NCBI GenBank assembly: GCA_015064895.1
Contig: SVRI01000009.1
Location: forward strand, 15,138-79,137
Source: Oscillospiraceae bacterium
GTDB lineage: Bacteria; Bacillota; Clostridia; Oscillospirales; CAG-382
Direction: 5' to 3'
DNA: 64,000 nt
Shown here: positions 9,958 through 17,419 of the stretch, in pieces
Position numbering within the stretch: position 1 is the first letter of the stretch
How the letters are laid out: each line of letters begins with the position of its first letter
The notes under the pieces: model-generated
The model's database searches: none
Told to the model about the DNA's origin: nothing
What the model saw: the letters and a program-made list of their open reading frames with translations, nothing else
Made by a program: the position numbers and the translations under genes

Positions 9958-10764
9958 TTATTTCTTTGATACTTTATACTTTGTTTCTTTCTTCTTTTTC
10001 TTTGCCTTATAAACCTTGGTTTCAGACTCTGTTTCGTGCTCTGTTTCAGATTCTTCGCCTTTATCCTTTTTCTTGAAGGCAAACTTTGTTTCCTTGCCGT
10101 TTGCAAGTCTGTAAAGGTTGGCATGATGCTTACAGATTACAAGAATCGCCATAAGGAACGAACAGATAAATGCAATTCCCCAATTGGGAAGTTTACCTGC
10201 AATGGAATAGAATGTCATAAAGGGGAAAATTGCCGCCGCAAGACACGAACCCAAGGAAACGTATCTTGTGAGTAAAACCGTAAGTGCAAAAACACCTATT
10301 ACTACAAGGAAAACCAAGGGGTTCACAACAAGTATTACCGCCGCTGCGGTTGCAACACCCTTGCCTCCTCTGAAACCGTAGAATATCGGGAAAACATGAC
10401 CTATAACGCAGAAAAGACCTGCCAAATATCCGCCAAGTGTAACACCCATGAGGAAAGAACCGATTACTACCGAAAGTACGCCCTTGAGAATGTCACCCAA
10501 AATGGTGAAAAGAGCCGCTTTCTTTCCGTAGGTTCTTGCCATGTTGGTAGTACCTGCGTTTTTACTGCCGAATTCTCTGATATCTTCACCGTACATTCTT
10601 TTTGAAAGAATAAGTGCAAAGTTCAATGAACCCAACAAGTATGCAATCACTGCCGTTAAAACAAGGCCTATGATTATAAATGCCGTACCCATTTTCCCCG
10701 AACCCGAGGAAAGAAGCGTAATCGCTCCGTTTACATAGGCATTCCCTATTACTTCAAAAAACAT
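9958..10764 (-). CDS. plsY: Glycerol-3-phosphate acyltransferase PlsY
   Basis: AYLLGS, GSKNAGTTN, DILKG, GHVFP, FRGGKGVAT, KHHANLYRL..GKE. Confidence 0.95.
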   Translation of the reverse strand: MFFEVIGNAYVNGAITLLSSGSGKMGTAFIIIGLVLTAVIAYLLGSLNFALILSKRMYGEDIREFGSKNAGTTNMARTYGKKAALFTILGDILKGVLSVVIGSFLMGVTLGGYLAGLFCVIGHVFPIFYGFRGGKGVATAAAVILVVNPLVFLVVIGVFALTVLLTRYVSLGSCLAAAIFPFMTFYSIAGKLPNWGIAFICSFLMAILVICKHHANLYRLANGKETKFAFKKKDKGEESETEHETESETKVYKAKKKKKETKYKVSKK

Positions 10765-11249
10765 ATTTTTTCCCCTTTTCCAAAAAGATGATTTCAATAT
10801 GTTAATTACATATTCAACTGCAAAGTTACGTAAATTTCAAACACTTACCCACTATTCTATTTTATTTTATCACACATTTTGGAAGTTTACAAGGGATTTT
10901 TATGTTTTGAGGTAAAAAAATGAAGGATTAGGAAAAATCGTAAGACAAAAAAATACAGACATGTTTTTTTTAACCTATTATATAAACATTTTTCTTATAT
11001 GTTACTCTTTTTTCTGTACTTTTGTATCGACAAAAGTACCAAAAACGCCCACTCAAAAAGAAGGGATGGCTCGGTTGGGGTTATATATGAGCAAAAAAAT
11101 GCCGCATTCGACCATTAATGAGGTCAAATGCGGAGTTATTCTATAGTTTTAGTAAAGTGCTCCCAACCTCCGCTGACTTCCCTTCTTTCGCCGTGGCGGC
11201 TTATCTTCCCTCATTGGTGTGTGCTTTAAATGCAAAAAAGAGAAAGACA

Positions 11250-11426
11250 TCAGTCTTCCTCTATTTCAATAATTCCATTTTCTTCTTCGTACTTTGAAAC
11301 ACGTTTCTTTATATACTGCTCAATGGTTTTATTTGCCGAGCGTCCTTCCGACTCTGCAATATATTTGAATTTTGCAAACATATCTCTGTTCACTCTTAAT
11401 GTATATCTTAAAACCTTTTCATCCAT
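11250..11426 (-). CDS. Arc/ribbon-helix-helix DNA-binding protein (58 aa)
   Basis: YTLRVNRDMFAKFKYIAESEGRSANKTIEQYI matches the Arc-like strand-helix-(GRS)-helix pattern. Confidence 0.85.
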   Translation of the reverse strand: MDEKVLRYTLRVNRDMFAKFKYIAESEGRSANKTIEQYIKKRVSKYEEENGIIEIEED

Positions 11427-11450
11427 TGCAATGTCTCTTTTCCACCAAAA

Positions 11451-11531
11451 TGACGTTATTATGACATTATTATAGTGGAATATTTTTTTCAAAACAAAAA
11501 TAGTGGTATAATGACGCAATAGTGACGCAAT
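11451..11531. promoter_or_regulatory. Divergent promoters with phased TGACRYWAT direct repeats (probable RHH operator)
   Basis: TGACGTTAT 11451, TGACATTAT 11462, TGACGCAAT 11512 and 11523; TGGTATAAT extended -10 at 11504-11512 (+); TATAAT at 11469-11474 (-). Confidence 0.65.
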
Positions 11532-11548
11532 AAAAAGGAGTCAAAAAA

Positions 11549-11878
11549 ATGAAGGTTGCAGTTATAGGGTCAAGGAATCTGACAATAGATGATTTGGGGA
11601 GATATTTGCCGGCAGAAACCACGGAAATAGTATCGGGCGGTGCAAAAGGAATAGATACTTCGGCGCGTAAATATGCACTTGCCAATTCAATAAAACTCAC
11701 AGAATTTCTGCCCGATTATGAAAAATATAAACGCGGTGCACCACTGAAAAGGAATATGCAAATTATTGAATATGCCGATGTTGTCATTGCCTTTTGGGAC
11801 GGTAAGTCAAAGGGAACAAAATTTGTGATTGATAATTGTAATAAAATTGGTAAAAAAGTTGTGGTGTTCACTATATAA
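11549..11878 (+). CDS. Small SLOG-superfamily protein (DUF2493/YspA-like)
   Basis: VAVIGSR, IVSGGAKGID, APLKRN, AFWDGKSKGT; AAGGAG RBS. Confidence 0.85.
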   Translation: MKVAVIGSRNLTIDDLGRYLPAETTEIVSGGAKGIDTSARKYALANSIKLTEFLPDYEKYKRGAPLKRNMQIIEYADVVIAFWDGKSKGTKFVIDNCNKIGKKVVVFTI

Positions 11879-11885
11879 AATTTCA

Positions 11886-12111
11886 CCCACGTCGGCGTTT
11901 GACGTGGGGCGGCGAGTCGCCGCTGACATTTCACGGGACATCTTTGTCTAATATTTTGTCTTTGGTGTCGCACAATTAAGATACTGCCAATCTAAATATA
12001 ACAAATTCCCCGATGTCGGCGTTTGACATCGGGGAATAGTTCGTTACGCGATAATTATTGTTTGTTAACCGAAAAGCCCTGCCCGCGAAATTGCCAGCGG
12101 GGGCTCCCCGC
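11886..12111. repeat. Mosaic of palindromic repeat modules
   Basis: CCACGTC-ggcgttt-GACGTGG and CCGATGTC-ggcgttt-GACATCGG; GGCGGCGAGTCGCCGCTGACA (also ~14712); GCCCGCGAAATTGCCAGCGGGGGCTCCCCGC (variant at ~8634). Confidence 0.75.
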
Positions 12112-12137
12112 AAAAAAGCCGTTCCTTTGGGAACGGC
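12112..12137 (-). terminator. Intrinsic terminator of rplK-rplA
   Basis: GCCGTTCC/GGAACGGC stem with T6 on the minus strand just after the rplA stop. Confidence 0.8.
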
Positions 12138-12153
12138 AATTTTAATCTGCAAA

Positions 12154-12846
12154 TTACATATACTTAGCTGTGTTAACCTTAACGCCGGGGCCCATTGTGG
12201 AAGCCACTGCGCAGGACTTGATGTACTGACCCTTAGCAGCAGCGGGCTTAGCCTTAACAACTGCATTCATGAGTGTATCAAAGTTTTCAGCAAGCTTTTC
12301 TGCACCGAAGGAAGCCTTACCAACGGGACAGTGGATGATGTTCTGCTTGTCAAGACGGTATTCAATCTTACCGGCTTTCGCTTCAGCAACTGCTTTCGCT
12401 ACGTCCATAGTAACAGTACCTGCCTTGGGGTTAGGCATGAGGCCCTTAGGACCGAGAACCTTACCGAGTCTACCGATAACACCCATCATGTCGGGAGTTG
12501 CGATAACTACGTCGAAATCAAACCAGTTTTCGCTTGTGATCTTAGCAACCATATCTTCAGCACCAACGTAATCGGAACCTGCTTCTTCAGCTGCCTTTGC
12601 GTTGTCGCCCTTAGCGAATACGAGTGTACGAACAGTCTTACCTGTACCGTGAGGAAGAACTACCGCACCTCTAACCTGCTGGTCAGCATGACGGCTGTCA
12701 ACACCGAGCTTTACGTGTACTTCAACTGTTTCGTCGAACTTTGCCTTGGAAGTCTTGCATACCATATCAAGAGCTTCTACTGTTTCATAAAGTTTTGTTC
12801 TATCAATAAGCTTTGCGCTTTCCTGATACTTCTTTCCCTTAACCAT
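12154..12846 (-). CDS. rplA: 50S ribosomal protein L1
   Basis: [52 protein letters not shown]. Confidence 0.98.
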   Translation of the reverse strand: MVKGKKYQESAKLIDRTKLYETVEALDMVCKTSKAKFDETVEVHVKLGVDSRHADQQVRGAVVLPHGTGKTVRTLVFAKGDNAKAAEEAGSDYVGAEDMVAKITSENWFDFDVVIATPDMMGVIGRLGKVLGPKGLMPNPKAGTVTMDVAKAVAEAKAGKIEYRLDKQNIIHCPVGKASFGAEKLAENFDTLMNAVVKAKPAAAKGQYIKSCAVASTMGPGVKVNTAKYM

Positions 12847-12861
12847 TGTCAATTACCTCCC

Positions 12862-13287
12862 TTAGTCAGCAACAACAACGCCCATGCTGCGTGCAGTACC
12901 AGCAATCATGCTCATAGCTGCTTCAAGAGAAGCTGCGTTGAGGTCGGGCATCTTTGTTTCTGCGATTTTCTGAACCTGTTCCTTTGTGATTGTAGCAACC
13001 TTGTTCTTGTTAGGTTCGCCGGAAGCAGTTTCGATACCTGCAGCCTTCTTGATAAGTACAGCTGCGGGGGGAGTCTTTGTGATGAAAGAGTAGGAACGGT
13101 CTGCATATACTGTAATAACTACAGGGATGATAAGACCCATATCGTTCTTTGTTCTTTCGTTGAATTCCTTACAGAAGCCGGCGATGTTAACACCGTGCTG
13201 ACCGAGTGCAGGACCTACAGGGGGAGCAGGAAGAGCCTTTCCTGCGGGGATCTGAAGTTTAATATAACCAGTTATTTTCTTTGCCAT
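12862..13287 (-). CDS. rplK: 50S ribosomal protein L11
   Basis: [44 protein letters not shown]; GGAGGTG RBS. Confidence 0.98.
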   Translation of the reverse strand: MAKKITGYIKLQIPAGKALPAPPVGPALGQHGVNIAGFCKEFNERTKNDMGLIIPVVITVYADRSYSFITKTPPAAVLIKKAAGIETASGEPNKNKVATITKEQVQKIAETKMPDLNAASLEAAMSMIAGTARSMGVVVAD

Positions 13288-13302
13288 TTTCTTACACCTC
13301 CA

Positions 13303-13340
13303 AATGTGGTAAATAATTCGGGATCTTGTCCCTCCCACAG
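13303..13340 (-). promoter_or_regulatory. Probable L1-binding autoregulatory leader of rplK-rplA
   Basis: Minus strand TGTGGGAGGGACAAGATCCCGAATTATTTACCACA: GTGG/CCAC outer stem, GGGAG internal loop, GGGA/TCCC inner stem, just upstream of the rplK RBS. Confidence 0.65.
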
Positions 13341-13434
13341 ACAAAACATTTTGTTTTGCCCTCGCAGCCTTTACGATTTGTCCGCACTATGGCAATCGCT
13401 TGCGGACATAACTGCGATGAATTTCTTTGTGCTT

Positions 13435-14037
13435 TTAGGAATTTAAGGGTTCAACCTCATTTGCGTTCATTTCAACTGCTGTTTCCTTGCCGCCGATGAG
13501 TGCAGTTACCTTGATTCTTCCTGTTTCATTGTTGATTTCCTTAACTGTGGCAACAGAGCCTGCAAGGAAACCTGCGACTACGATTACGCTGTCGCCCACA
13601 TTGTATGCGGCTTCACGTACGCGTACGTCAACTCCGAGTGCCGCAACCTCTGCCTCTGTAAGAGGCACGGGGCGGGATCCCGGTCCGACAAAACCTGTAA
13701 CACCGCGGATATTTCTGACCACGTGCCAGCTTTCGTCATTCATAATCATTTTTACGAGTACATAGCTGGGGAACATTTTATGTTCAGTAGGCTTCTTTTC
13801 TTTGGGAGCCTTCTTCACTTCGTTTCCGTCATCATCATACTCTACTTCAAGTGAATCGAAATATTCGTCTGCCTCTTCCTGTGAGTCAACAACAACTTCG
13901 ATGGGGATTCTTGTCTCAAAAATGAGATTTTGAAGTCCTCTGTACTCAACAAGACGCTGGATATTTTCCGCAACCTTGTTTTCGTAGCCCGAATATGTGT
14001 GAACTACATACCAGAGTGCCTGTGCTTCGTTAGACAT
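13435..14037 (-). CDS. nusG: Transcription elongation factor NusG (divergent)
   Basis: WYVVHTYSGYENKV, FPSYVLVKM, VRNIRGVTGFVG, PVPL; lies between secE and rplK. Confidence 0.93.
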   Translation of the reverse strand: MSNEAQALWYVVHTYSGYENKVAENIQRLVEYRGLQNLIFETRIPIEVVVDSQEEADEYFDSLEVEYDDDGNEVKKAPKEKKPTEHKMFPSYVLVKMIMNDESWHVVRNIRGVTGFVGPGSRPVPLTEAEVAALGVDVRVREAAYNVGDSVIVVAGFLAGSVATVKEINNETGRIKVTALIGGKETAVEMNANEVEPLNS

Positions 14038-14058
14038 AATTATTCTCCTTTTCGGAAA

Positions 14059-14268
14059 TTAAATAATTTTGCCGAGCCATTCCAAGAGCTTAGCGAAGCC
14101 TGTATCAAGCAAGAAAATAGCCGCGCCAACTACGATGATTGACACAATTACGATACCGCTCTGCTTGAGTGTATCACCCTTTTCAGGCCATACAATCTTC
14201 TTGAACTCACTCTTGTAGTCCTTGAAAAACTTTTTGATTTTCGATTCCTTCTTAATCTGATCTGCCAT
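14059..14268 (-). CDS. secE: Preprotein translocase subunit SecE
   Basis: FFKDYKSEFKKIVWP followed by one TM helix; rpmG-secE-nusG synteny. Confidence 0.95.
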   Translation of the reverse strand: MADQIKKESKIKKFFKDYKSEFKKIVWPEKGDTLKQSGIVIVSIIVVGAAIFLLDTGFAKLLEWLGKII

Positions 14269-14296
14269 TACTTCTTCCTCCTTTCAAATTCAATCC

Positions 14297-14446
14297 TTAC
14301 TTGGATTCCTTGTGAAGGGTGTGTTTACGGCAGAAACGACAATACTTGTTAAGTTCAATACGATCGGGATCGTTCTTCTTATTCTTTGTAGTGTCGTAAT
14401 TTCTTTGTTTGCATTCTGTGCAAACGAGTGTGATTTTCACTCTCAT
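14297..14446 (-). CDS. rpmG: 50S ribosomal protein L33 (Zn-binding type, 49 aa)
   Basis: Below the ORF-track cut-off; translated by hand: [49 protein letters not shown]; GGAGGTG RBS. Confidence 0.97.
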   Translation of the reverse strand: MRVKITLVCTECKQRNYDTTKNKKNDPDRIELNKYCRFCRKHTLHKESK

Positions 14447-14555
14447 TCTGTACACCTCCCGGTAAATATATGTGTTTTACCTCCCTCGAAAATGGAGCCT
14501 TATGCCATACCTTTTTTTGGGCATAACAAAAAAACTCTCCAACAGAGGTAGATAG

Positions 14556-14584
14556 ATTATACTACAAGGATTTTCATTTGTCAA
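14556..14584 (-). promoter_or_regulatory. Sigma-A promoter of rpmG-secE-nusG
   Basis: TTGACA-17 nt-TATAAT on the minus strand. Confidence 0.85.
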
Positions 14585-14649
14585 GAGTTTTTTGAGAATT
14601 TTTTGTTTGGCGGTTTTCTTTGCTACAATGTATAAATATACACAACCTT

Positions 14650-15195
14650 TTTCTTCGTACTTTTGTCCCGAAACAAAAGTACCAAAAGTTCTCCGCTCAA
14701 AAGGAGAGATGGGCGGCGAGTCGCCGCTGACAAACCGTCATTTTGACGGCATACCGAAAACCGTCAAAATGACAAATATTGCTGTCGGGTTATCCCGACC
14801 CGCGGTGGCTTACCTCTCTCACTATTTGTGCGACACCAATAATTGGTGAATAGATGAAATGCCCCGTGTATTTGCTGTCGGGTTTTCCCGACCCGCGGCG
14901 GCTTACCTCTCTCATTTGGTGTGGTGCAAAAACAAATGTCCACGGTTCTCTTTTCTTTTTGCCCTTGCAAAATCCCCTGCCCTGTGATATATTATATAAT
15001 GTAATAAAAATTACAAACGGGACGTCGAGGACGCCGTCCCTACGACAAAGACCACGCACTCATTTTGCCGTCCGCCTTATTGACGGCAAAATGAAATAAC
15101 AATCGAGCACCGATGACAGGCTAAAGTCTTGCCCTGAAAGGTGCTAATACATTTTCTTTTTGCTTACTTTTTCTTTTTATCAAAGAAAAAGTAAG
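14650..15195. repeat. BIME-like mosaic of palindromic repeats
   Basis: GTACTTTTG/CAAAAGTAC, GCGGCGAGTCGCCGC, two CATTTTG-CGG/CCG-CAAAATG-type stems, two ~41-bp direct copies (14781, 14874), a GTAG-type REP and a CTTACTTTTTC/GAAAAAGTAAG stem. Confidence 0.8.
15019..15043 (-). repeat. GTAG-type REP element
   Basis: Minus strand GTAG-GGACGGCG-tcct-CGACGTCCC: GTAG foot plus imperfect hairpin, the architecture of RAYT-associated REPs. Confidence 0.7.
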
Positions 15196-15204
15196 GGAGG
15201 TATT

Positions 15205-15837
15205 ATGTCACAAGGCTATAAAACAGTCCTCGCCGATTATGCCGAGGATTCATTTATCGAAAAAAAGAGCGAATTTATTTCCTACGTCAAGCGTGTTGAA
15301 AACGAAGACGAGGCAAAGGAATTTATCGCCTCCATAAAAAAGAAGCACGCAGATGCCACCCATAACTGCTATGCATATATATTAAAGGGAACGGAAATTG
15401 CTCGCTTTTCCGATGACGGCGAGCCTCAGGGTACGGCAGGCATGCCGATTCTTGAAGTTATCAAGCGTGAGGGCTTGGTCGGAGTTTGCGTTGTAGTCAC
15501 AAGATACTTCGGCGGAATACTTCTGGGTGCAGGCGGACTTGTAAGAGCCTATGCCAAGGGTGCAAAAATCGGCATCGACAAGGCAGGAACGGCTGAATTC
15601 TGCGAACATGTCACCTTCGACTTTGAGGTGTCATACAGCGATTACGAAAAAGTTTTGAGAGATTTAGACAAGCAAGGCGTTCTCAACGCAGGAGTAGATT
15701 TCGGCGAAAACGTTGTATTCCACCTTTCGTGCGTTGAGGAAAACTATCCCGGATTTCAAAGCTATGCCGCAGATCTGACGGGCGGTAAATGTGCACCTAA
15801 ACTTACAGGTAAAACTTTTGCACCCAAAACCACGTAA
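15205..15837 (+). CDS. yigZ: YigZ / IMPACT family protein
   Basis: EKKSEFI, HADATHNCYAY, SDDGEPQGTAG, VVTRYFGGILLGAGGLVRAY; GGGAGG RBS before ATG 15205. Confidence 0.93.
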   Translation: MSQGYKTVLADYAEDSFIEKKSEFISYVKRVENEDEAKEFIASIKKKHADATHNCYAYILKGTEIARFSDDGEPQGTAGMPILEVIKREGLVGVCVVVTRYFGGILLGAGGLVRAYAKGAKIGIDKAGTAEFCEHVTFDFEVSYSDYEKVLRDLDKQGVLNAGVDFGENVVFHLSCVEENYPGFQSYAADLTGGKCAPKLTGKTFAPKTT

Positions 15838-15890
15838 ATGCGTGGTTTTTTCTTTTACAAAAATTTTTTCAAAAAAAATTGAAAAACCTA

Positions 15891-15919
15891 TTGACAAAAT
15901 CGAAAGTTGTTGTTATAAT
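15891..15919 (+). promoter_or_regulatory. Sigma-A promoter of rubrerythrin gene
   Basis: TTGACA-17 nt-TATAAT; the overlapping TTATAATAATTTTGT partially matches a PerR/Fur box (weak). Confidence 0.8.
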
Positions 15920-16032
15920 AATTTTGTAATCAGTACAAAACAGTAAATTCCGAACAGAAATGTAATGGTTCGGCTGGTTACAGACATAAATTTAAAAATA
16001 ATAAAATTCTTACTTAAAAGGAGAAATGAAAA

Positions 16033-16617
16033 ATGAAAAAGTATGTATGTTCCGTATGCGGTTATGTTCACGAAGGTAATGAACCCCCCGAAAAGTGCCC
16101 CGTTTGTAAGGTTCCCGCAGAAAAGTTCAAGGAAATGGTAGAAGGTTCAGCTCTTGCAGCTGAACACGAATACGGTGTTTACGGCAAAACCGTAAAGAAC
16201 AACCCCGATATTTCCGAAGAAGACAAAAAGTACATTTTTGAACAGCTTATGGCTAACTTCAACGGCGAATGTGCAGAAGTAGGTATGTACCTCTGCATGG
16301 CAAGAATTGCTCACAGAGAAGGCTATCCCGAAGTAGGTCTCTACTGGGAAAAGGCTGCTTACGAAGAAGCTGAACACGCAGCAAAGTTTGCTGAACTCCT
16401 CGGCGAAGATCTCGAACCCAACATGAAGGCTACCACAAAGGACAACCTCAAGTGGAGAGTAGACTGCGAATACGGTGCAACTCAGGGCAAGTTCGACCTT
16501 GCTGCTTGTGCTAAGAAGAACGGTCTTGATGCTATCCATGACACTGTTCACGAAATGGCAAGAGATGAAGCTCGTCACGGCAGAGGTCTTGAAGGACTTC
16601 TTAAGAGATACTTCTAA
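16033..16617 (+). CDS. rbr: Reverse rubrerythrin (N-terminal rubredoxin domain + ferritin-like diiron domain; NADH peroxidase type)
   Basis: CSVCGY...CPVC, GECAE, EEAEH, DEARH; strong RBS. Confidence 0.92.
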   Translation: MKKYVCSVCGYVHEGNEPPEKCPVCKVPAEKFKEMVEGSALAAEHEYGVYGKTVKNNPDISEEDKKYIFEQLMANFNGECAEVGMYLCMARIAHREGYPEVGLYWEKAAYEEAEHAAKFAELLGEDLEPNMKATTKDNLKWRVDCEYGATQGKFDLAACAKKNGLDAIHDTVHEMARDEARHGRGLEGLLKRYF

Positions 16618-16629
16618 ATAAACAAAACA

Positions 16630-16660
16630 AAGGGTTCGGAATTTCCGAACCCTTCTCTTT
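16630..16660 (+). terminator. Terminator after rubrerythrin gene
   Basis: AAGGGTTCGGA/TCCGAACCCTT stem. Confidence 0.7.
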
Positions 16661-16720
16661 AATATAGTAAATTATACAAGCGCTTATCTATAATAGTATG
16701 TTCTCTTCAATCTGTTTATA

Positions 16721-17053
16721 CTAATGCATTTCAAATCCTACAATGTCAAAATCTTCTTGATTCGGGTTATACGTAACAGTTGCATCATAGTTTTTTGTAA
16801 AAATATCGTCATATTCATCTGAAAATGTAATTTTTCCTGAAATTTCAAAAGTATTTTCGCTTGTTTCATCAACATTGTATGTAATATCTTTTAGGTTTGC
16901 CCTATATTCGTCTCCGATCCGCACCATAACGTAAGTTCTCAAAAATCCACACGCTTCATCTTCCAATGACATTGTTGTACCTTCGTCACCTCCACAAGCG
17001 CAAAGGATTGAAATCATTGTTAATACTAATAGCAAACTTAAAATCTTTTTCAT
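16721..17053 (-). CDS. Small acidic lipoprotein (110 aa) in an AT-rich islet
   Basis: MKKILSLLLVLTMISILCACGG lipobox-type signal; GAAAGGA RBS before ATG 17053. Confidence 0.8.
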   Translation of the reverse strand: MKKILSLLLVLTMISILCACGGDEGTTMSLEDEACGFLRTYVMVRIGDEYRANLKDITYNVDETSENTFEISGKITFSDEYDDIFTKNYDATVTYNPNQEDFDIVGFEMH

Positions 17054-17219
17054 AATAAAATTCCTTTCTACATTTATTAGCATTATTATACTACAAACGT
17101 ATATTGAAGTCAATAAAAATGTAATATTTGCAAATTTTGGATATTTACAAATATTGTGCAAAATACTGTGTATCATTAAAAAGCATACTTCAAACGCCCT
17201 ATTTATGCGGTAGGTCTGT

Positions 17220-17276
17220 GACGAAGCTCGCCACGGTCGTGGTCTTGAAGGACTTCTTAAGAGATACTTCAAATAA
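17220..17276 (+). repeat. Duplicated 3' end of rubrerythrin gene (att-like direct repeat of 16564-16617)
   Basis: Encodes [18 protein letters not shown]; 46/51 nt identical to 16564-16614 with a 30-nt perfect block; followed by its own terminator at 17300-17330. Confidence 0.9.
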
Positions 17277-17419
17277 TCGAAATTCCATTATATCAAACCA
17301 AAAGAAGCAGATTTCTCTGCTTCTTTTTTTACGTCTTCCCTCTCAGCAGGGTTGTTTTTTGCATTTTTGTGTGATATAATATGGTTCAATCAACAAATAA
17401 CACGAAATCGGGAGGCAAT

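Noticed and set aside
9939-10124. N-terminal extension of MetY in the ORF track
   Set aside because: Overlaps the plsY 3' end; the RBS and family start fit ATG 9938.
12058-13446. 462-aa plus-strand ORF
   Set aside because: Antisense shadow of rplA/rplK, explained by their codon bias; no motifs.
14269-14296. tRNA gene near secE (and elsewhere in the window)
   Set aside because: The rpmG-secE gap is only 28 nt, and I saw no cloverleaf or T-loop signature in any intergenic region by eye.
14312-14551. 79-aa plus-strand ORF
   Set aside because: Antisense to rpmG.
14781-14914. Possible mini-CRISPR (two ~41-bp repeats)
   Set aside because: Only two copies, embedded in a REP-like mosaic, with no cas genes.
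17054-17272. N-terminal extension of the 183-aa ORF
   Set aside because: Runs antisense through the duplicated rbr end; the signal peptide and RBS start at 17053.
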